The translations under genes were made by a program, and so were the position numbers. This document shows, piece after piece, positions 59,855-64,000 of a stretch of 64,000 nt of DNA. The notes under the pieces were generated by a model. The model did not search any database and was not told where the DNA came from. It was given only the letters and a program-made list of their open reading frames with translations. Position 1 is the stretch's first letter; each line of letters begins with the position of its first letter. The stretch comes from an uncultured virus (IMG/VR IMGVR_UViG_3300007216_003109) (taxonomy: Duplodnaviria > Heunggongvirae > Uroviricota > Caudoviricetes), in IMG/VR virus record IMGVR_UViG_3300007216_003109; one strand, given 5' to 3'.

Positions 59855-60510
59855 TAATTCTTGTGCATGTCAGTAACGAACTGATAATATTCAGCACGTA
59901 CAGCAGGGTCATTCATATAATCACCAGATAGCTTGCTAGTCTTCATTTCACAACCATCGTGCTTAATCCCACGTAAGCATGCGCAAGTATGAGTTGCGGA
60001 AATTACTACTGCAACCCCTCTATTACCTTCACAGACTTCATCAATAGCCTTGTGAACTTGACCAGTTAATCCTTCTTGAATCTGAGGTCTACGAGAATAA
60101 AACTCAACAATACGATTAAGTTTTGACAGCCCAATTACCCGTCCTTCCTTCGAAGGAATGTATGCAACATAAGCTTTACCAACAAAGGGTAGGTGATGAT
60201 GTGAACAGAGACTCTTTACTGGTATACCGCCTTGAAACACCATACCATCATAACCACCATCATTAGGAAAAGAAGTGACTTTAGGTGGATTATTATAACA
60301 ACCTGCAGCTAAGTCCTCTACAAATGCTTTTGCAACACGTCTAGGTGTATTTGTGCTGTTGGGATCATTACGCCAATCAAAACCTAATGCGTCTAAGTAT
60401 TGTTCATAAGCTTTTGCAGCCTTCTCAATAATAACATGTTTTTCGTCTTCGGTACGTGGATGATTGCCATTTGCGTACGGTAATAAAATAGGAATTCCTC
60501 TATCGCTCAT
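59851..60510 (-). CDS. folE: GTP cyclohydrolase I
   Basis: 'TPRRVAK', 'SLCSHHHLPF', 'GLSKLNR', 'RPQIQE', 'HTCACLRG'. Confidence 0.97.
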   Translation of the reverse strand: MSDRGIPILLPYANGNHPRTEDEKHVIIEKAAKAYEQYLDALGFDWRNDPNSTNTPRRVAKAFVEDLAAGCYNNPPKVTSFPNDGGYDGMVFQGGIPVKSLCSHHHLPFVGKAYVAYIPSKEGRVIGLSKLNRIVEFYSRRPQIQEGLTGQVHKAIDEVCEGNRGVAVVISATHTCACLRGIKHDGCEMKTSKLSGDYMNDPAVRAEYYQFVTDMHKNY

Positions 60511-60563
60511 ATTATCATTTTATAACATTTTTATCGATTTCAAGATAATAAATAATATTAAGA

Positions 60564-60965
60564 ATGAAATTTAAGAAAACAATAGACAATAATTTGAAAA
60601 ATTTTGGTCTCAAAAGAATTAGAATTAAATTTGACCCTTTAAACAAAACACATGAAACATATAGAGCATACAATAGTTATGAAGGTTATGTACTAGAAGA
60701 AGATGAGAAGTCTGTTTCTGTTTTTGTAATTAATTCGCCTGAAGACTTGGATCCATTTATAGATGTACCTCATGATATGATTAATGTATCTCCTAAGCTA
60801 GATCAATTTAAAAATTTTCTTTTTACCAAATTAAACGAAAATTCTAAATTAATAGAAATGATACGTAATCTTGGTGATATAGTTTCAATTGAAGCTATTT
60901 TAAAAGATAATGGTCTTAGTGATGAGTCACTAAAAGACTTGTATAGAGAGTATATTTTATCATAA
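60564..60965 (+). CDS. Hypothetical late protein
   Basis: 133 aa; TAAATA at 60549-60554. Confidence 0.65.
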   Translation: MKFKKTIDNNLKNFGLKRIRIKFDPLNKTHETYRAYNSYEGYVLEEDEKSVSVFVINSPEDLDPFIDVPHDMINVSPKLDQFKNFLFTKLNENSKLIEMIRNLGDIVSIEAILKDNGLSDESLKDLYREYILS

Positions 60966-60973
60966 ATATCTAT

Positions 60974-61321
60974 ATGACTAATTTTGATGCAAGGTATAAT
61001 GAATTGATGAGTGAAGGGCTACGCACAGGTCTTGCTAAAGGTATTGGTATGGCAGGTAAACTAATGACATTCCCTAAGAGATTAGATACTGGTATTGCAA
61101 ACGTATTAAGAGGCCAATCTGCAGATACAGAACGTATGATAGGTGGTAAAGCATACGGTGAACCAGTAGGAGCTGTTCCAAAAGGCGGTAGGGCGGAAGA
61201 GTTTTCTGATCTTGAAAAAGAATTAACTTTGGCCATGAGAAGACTCAGATTAACACCTAATGATAAGAAACTACAGGCGCAAGTAGCAGATTTGCAGAAA
61301 AAAATAATGTCTGTAAGATAA
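60974..61321 (+). CDS. Late protein with CTS-like leader
   Basis: TAAATA 5 nt upstream; MTNFDARYNELMSE. Confidence 0.7.
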   Translation: MTNFDARYNELMSEGLRTGLAKGIGMAGKLMTFPKRLDTGIANVLRGQSADTERMIGGKAYGEPVGAVPKGGRAEEFSDLEKELTLAMRRLRLTPNDKKLQAQVADLQKKIMSVR

Positions 61322-61339
61322 TTATTTTTAAAATAATAG

Positions 61340-61437
61340 TTGATTTCTTCTAAATATTAATTATAATAATACGGTATTACAAAGATATTTTGTCCTAAGA
61401 TGTTTTAAGTTGATAATGTGTTAACTGATATTATAAT
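61340..61437 (+). promoter_or_regulatory. Two tandem sigma70-like promoters upstream of queD
   Basis: TTGATT-N16-TATAAT (61340-61367) and TTGATA-N16-TATAAT (61410-61437); the second ends 6 nt before the ATG. Confidence 0.65.
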
Positions 61438-61443
61438 AATTTT

Positions 61444-62109
61444 ATGAGTTACCAAAGTACAAAAATAATTGAATTGGGTAGTTGTGCATTTAGACAGTGG
61501 AGAGCTGATCATAGTCACTGTCATTTTATACATGGATATAGATTAGTTGCAAAATTTTGGTTTTCATGTGATAAGCTAGACGATAAGAATTGGGTTGTGG
61601 ATTTTGGTGGTTTAAAAGAATTAAAAAATATTTTAGAGAAACAGTTTGATCATACATTCTGTGTATCTGCAGATGATCCTTTACTTTCATACTTTAAACA
61701 GCTACATGATCTTGGAGCAGTAGATCTTAGGGTAATGGAAAATGGTGTAGGTATAGAAAGAACAGCAGAGTGGTGCTTTAATCAAGCTGATAAACATATT
61801 AGAGAATTAACTAACAATCGTTGCTGTGTTGATAGAGTAGAAGTATGGGAACACGAAAAGAATTCTGCTATATACTCAGTAGATAGACCAGGCTGTTGCA
61901 AGGATAAACATAAACATAATGCTGAGCAATATGAATTAAATTTTCAAACTACAACACAGTCTTTAGAGCAAACACCAGTCTCAACTACAGTAGCAGCACC
62001 TGCACCTGAAGTACAACATGCTGCTAACAATGCTATACCTGCTCAAGTAGGTAATAAGGTATCAACCGGTTTTGGTAATTTATTTGGTGGTACAAGCTGG
62101 GGATCATGA
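61444..62109 (+). CDS. queD: 6-carboxy-tetrahydropterin synthase QueD with low-complexity C-terminal extension
   Basis: 'CAFRQWRADHSHCHFIHGY', 'WVVDFGGLK', 'FDH', 'EVWEHEKNSA'. Confidence 0.92.
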   Translation: MSYQSTKIIELGSCAFRQWRADHSHCHFIHGYRLVAKFWFSCDKLDDKNWVVDFGGLKELKNILEKQFDHTFCVSADDPLLSYFKQLHDLGAVDLRVMENGVGIERTAEWCFNQADKHIRELTNNRCCVDRVEVWEHEKNSAIYSVDRPGCCKDKHKHNAEQYELNFQTTTQSLEQTPVSTTVAAPAPEVQHAANNAIPAQVGNKVSTGFGNLFGGTSWGS

Positions 62110-62378
62110 ACCTTTCTGATCTGTACACATCTAGTGTTGCAGGTAGAGGGTCAATCAATACAACTGGGTTAACATCTACTAAAGGCTTACAAACTCAATT
62201 TGAAAGAGATCCCACTACAAAAAAACTTGAAAGTGATTTAAATAAAACATTATCAAATATTTTTAAAAAAGAAGAACCTATTAAAAAAGAGACTACTTTA
62301 ACACCGGCAATTGAAGATGATGCACAACAAAATGTATTGAAAGCTCTTGAAGAGCTGAAAAAGCTTAACGCACTTTAG
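62106..62378 (+). CDS. Hypothetical protein
   Basis: 90 aa, ATGA-coupled to queD. Confidence 0.55.
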   Translation: MNLSDLYTSSVAGRGSINTTGLTSTKGLQTQFERDPTTKKLESDLNKTLSNIFKKEEPIKKETTLTPAIEDDAQQNVLKALEELKKLNAL

Positions 62379-63111
62379 TTTTAATTGTTGATACAACTTT
62401 AACTATAAACTTCAGTAATTTACTTCTTGTAATATCTTCTTCTGTAAAACGAAATGTATTAATACCGTGTTGCTTACTATCTTCAGAATCAAAAGCATCC
62501 ATTATTTTAGCAAAGCCTGTGCGTTCAAAAATATCTGACTGTCTTGTATCTCCTATAATAAACAACTTACAATTTTTACCAAATCTAGTTAATATTGTAA
62601 CTAATTCACTATGTTCTAAGTTTTGTGCTTCATCTACAATAACTACACTGTTTGCAAAAGTACTACCTCTTAAAAAATTTACAGGCACACATTTTAAATA
62701 ATCACTATCAAAAAGCATATTTGTTACTTGCTTACCTACTAATTCGTCACACTTTTCTATAAGAGGTATACTCCATGGTTTAAATTTTTCATCTACCTCA
62801 CCGGGCAAGCTACCCAGCTTTCTATGTGCAGATTCAACTATACTTCTTATATAGATAACTTCATCTATCTTCTTATCCCTTAGCATTGTTAGCGCTACAT
62901 ATGTAGCTAGGTATGTCTTAGATGTGCCTGCTGGACCGTCACAAAACATTATTAGAGATAAATCATCCATAGCCTTCTCTACAAAGGCTTTGTGGTGGTC
63001 GTTAAGATGAAACTTCTGATCAACTTTAAAATTTAAAAGAATATCAGATCGAATTATCTTATTTTCATCATACTTGGCAGCTTTTTTAAGCTGTCTTTCT
63101 TTCTTCGACAT
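62365..63111 (-). CDS. phoH: PhoH-like ATPase
   Basis: 'GPAGTSKT', 'LGSLPG...EKFKP', 'FLRGSTF', 'VDEAQN', 'TRFG', 'GDTRQSD'. Confidence 0.95.
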   Translation of the reverse strand: MSKKERQLKKAAKYDENKIIRSDILLNFKVDQKFHLNDHHKAFVEKAMDDLSLIMFCDGPAGTSKTYLATYVALTMLRDKKIDEVIYIRSIVESAHRKLGSLPGEVDEKFKPWSIPLIEKCDELVGKQVTNMLFDSDYLKCVPVNFLRGSTFANSVVIVDEAQNLEHSELVTILTRFGKNCKLFIIGDTRQSDIFERTGFAKIMDAFDSEDSKQHGINTFRFTEEDITRSKLLKFIVKVVSTIKTKVR

Positions 63112-63163
63112 CTACTATTATTTATTCTGGAAAAACTGTATTTGTACTGTATAATGTACAAAA

Positions 63164-63382
63164 ATGAGTAAAAAAATTAACGTAGAGTTATCAGACATAG
63201 AATATGAAAATTTAAAATACACTTTAGGTGATTTTAAGAGAATTACTAGAGATTCATATTATAGATTTGTTAAAACAGAATATGTATATTCGGATGATAT
63301 AACTAATAAAGAAAGACATGATTCTGCACTCGGTTTGTATAAAAAGTTAGTTGAAGATTTACAAGAAGATAATAAAATCTAG
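63164..63382 (+). CDS. Small hypothetical protein
   Basis: 72 aa; TATAAT 8 nt upstream; precedes queE. Confidence 0.55.
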   Translation: MSKKINVELSDIEYENLKYTLGDFKRITRDSYYRFVKTEYVYSDDITNKERHDSALGLYKKLVEDLQEDNKI

Positions 63383-63384
63383 TT

Positions 63385-64000
63385 ATGGAAAATACCATTT
63401 TTTTGAGTGATGATAAGATCTTCTATACTATAGAAGGTGAAGGTGAGTTTGTTGGTTATCCTTCTGTATTCATGCGCTTGTCAATGTGTAACCTAACTTG
63501 TAAAGGTTTTATATCTGCAGACTCACCACATGGTTGTGATAGTTTTGTCAGTTGGTCAGTAAAGAATCGAATGACATTTGACGAAATATTTGATTACATG
63601 GCTCAAAATTCCTACAATTGCAGACTACGTGATGGAGCAATATGGAAAATTACAGGTGGTGAGCCTTTAATTCAACAAAAGCAATTATTAAAACTAGTTG
63701 ATGCTTATGTAGAGCGCTTTGGCTATACTCCCGTTATTGATTTTGAAACTAACGCCACAATTGAACCTGATGAAGAATGGGTTACAAAGTTTAGAGCCAC
63801 CTTTACAACTTCACCTAAGCTATCTAATAATGGCGATCCTGAAGAAAAAAGATATAAACCAGCAGTACTAAGATGGCATGTACAAAATGGTTCTGGTTTT
63901 AAATTTGTTATTAATAATGAATCTGACTTAGATGAAGTATTTGAAAAATACATACATCACCCGGACGTATTAGTTCCCTCAAATAGAGTGTGGTTAATGC
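63385..64000 (+). CDS. queE: 7-carboxy-7-deazaguanine synthase QueE (radical SAM), runs off the window edge
   Basis: Not in the ORF track. MENTIFLSDDKIFYTIEGEGEFVGYPSVFMRLSMCNLTC...CDS, 'ITGGEPLIQQ', 'FETNAT', 'SPKL', 'KFVI'. Confidence 0.93.
   Translation, partial: MENTIFLSDDKIFYTIEGEGEFVGYPSVFMRLSMCNLTCKGFISADSPHGCDSFVSWSVKNRMTFDEIFDYMAQNSYNCRLRDGAIWKITGGEPLIQQKQLLKLVDAYVERFGYTPVIDFETNATIEPDEEWVTKFRATFTTSPKLSNNGDPEEKRYKPAVLRWHVQNGSGFKFVINNESDLDEVFEKYIHHPDVLVPSNRVWLM

Noticed and set aside
61368..61443. preQ1 riboswitch upstream of queD
   Set aside because: No preQ1-I stem/loop with a 3' A-rich tail, or other aptamer structure, is visible; the region is explained by two promoters.
1268..63953. 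Many short opposite-strand or alternate-frame ORFs in the track (e.g. 1268, 12550, 18119-19288, 20281, 27853, 34791, 44949, 51279, 60970, 63723)
   Set aside because: They lie within well-supported genes and have no motif or promoter of their own; treated as shadow ORFs.
1..64000. Stop-codon reassignment as in some large phages
   Set aside because: Core genes are full length in code 11 and TAA, TGA and TAG all terminate genes.
1..64000. tRNA/rRNA genes, inteins or introns in gp17, gp41, gp43
   Set aside because: Intergenic gaps are short and AT-rich with no cloverleaf seen by eye, and protein lengths and motif spacing are normal.

Overview
AT-rich, gene-dense segment of a large T4-like (contractile-tailed) phage genome in the standard genetic code. 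The minus strand carries a baseplate/tail/packaging block (gp6, gp25, gp53, gp27/48/54/29/26-like, gp19, gp18, gp3-like, gp17) and a full T4-type replication/recombination/late-transcription set (gp44, gp61, gp45, gp32, gp59-like, gp41, UvsX, gp43, gp46/47, gp55, UvsW, UvsY). Accessory genes: a 7-deazaguanine pathway (folE, queD, queE, queC, class II amidotransferase), three glycosyltransferases, an NDP-sugar epimerase/reductase, dUTPase, PhoH and a ribosomal protein bS21 homologue. Two patterns go beyond the ORF track. (1) About 15 unrelated small or medium genes, mostly on the + strand and mostly with a TAAATA late promoter, start with an M-x-x-F...(L/I/F)-x-E leader resembling the T4 capsid-targeting sequence, suggesting a dispersed set of head-packaged cargo proteins that includes enzymes. 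(2) Late (TAAATA) and sigma70-like (TTGA-N-TATAAT) promoters sit mostly 5-8 nt before start codons with no Shine-Dalgarno, implying near-leaderless mRNAs; some are palindromic and bidirectional, and one appears to drive an in-frame nested gene. All product calls come from motif recognition and synteny by eye; no searches were run. No tRNA, rRNA or CRISPR array was seen.
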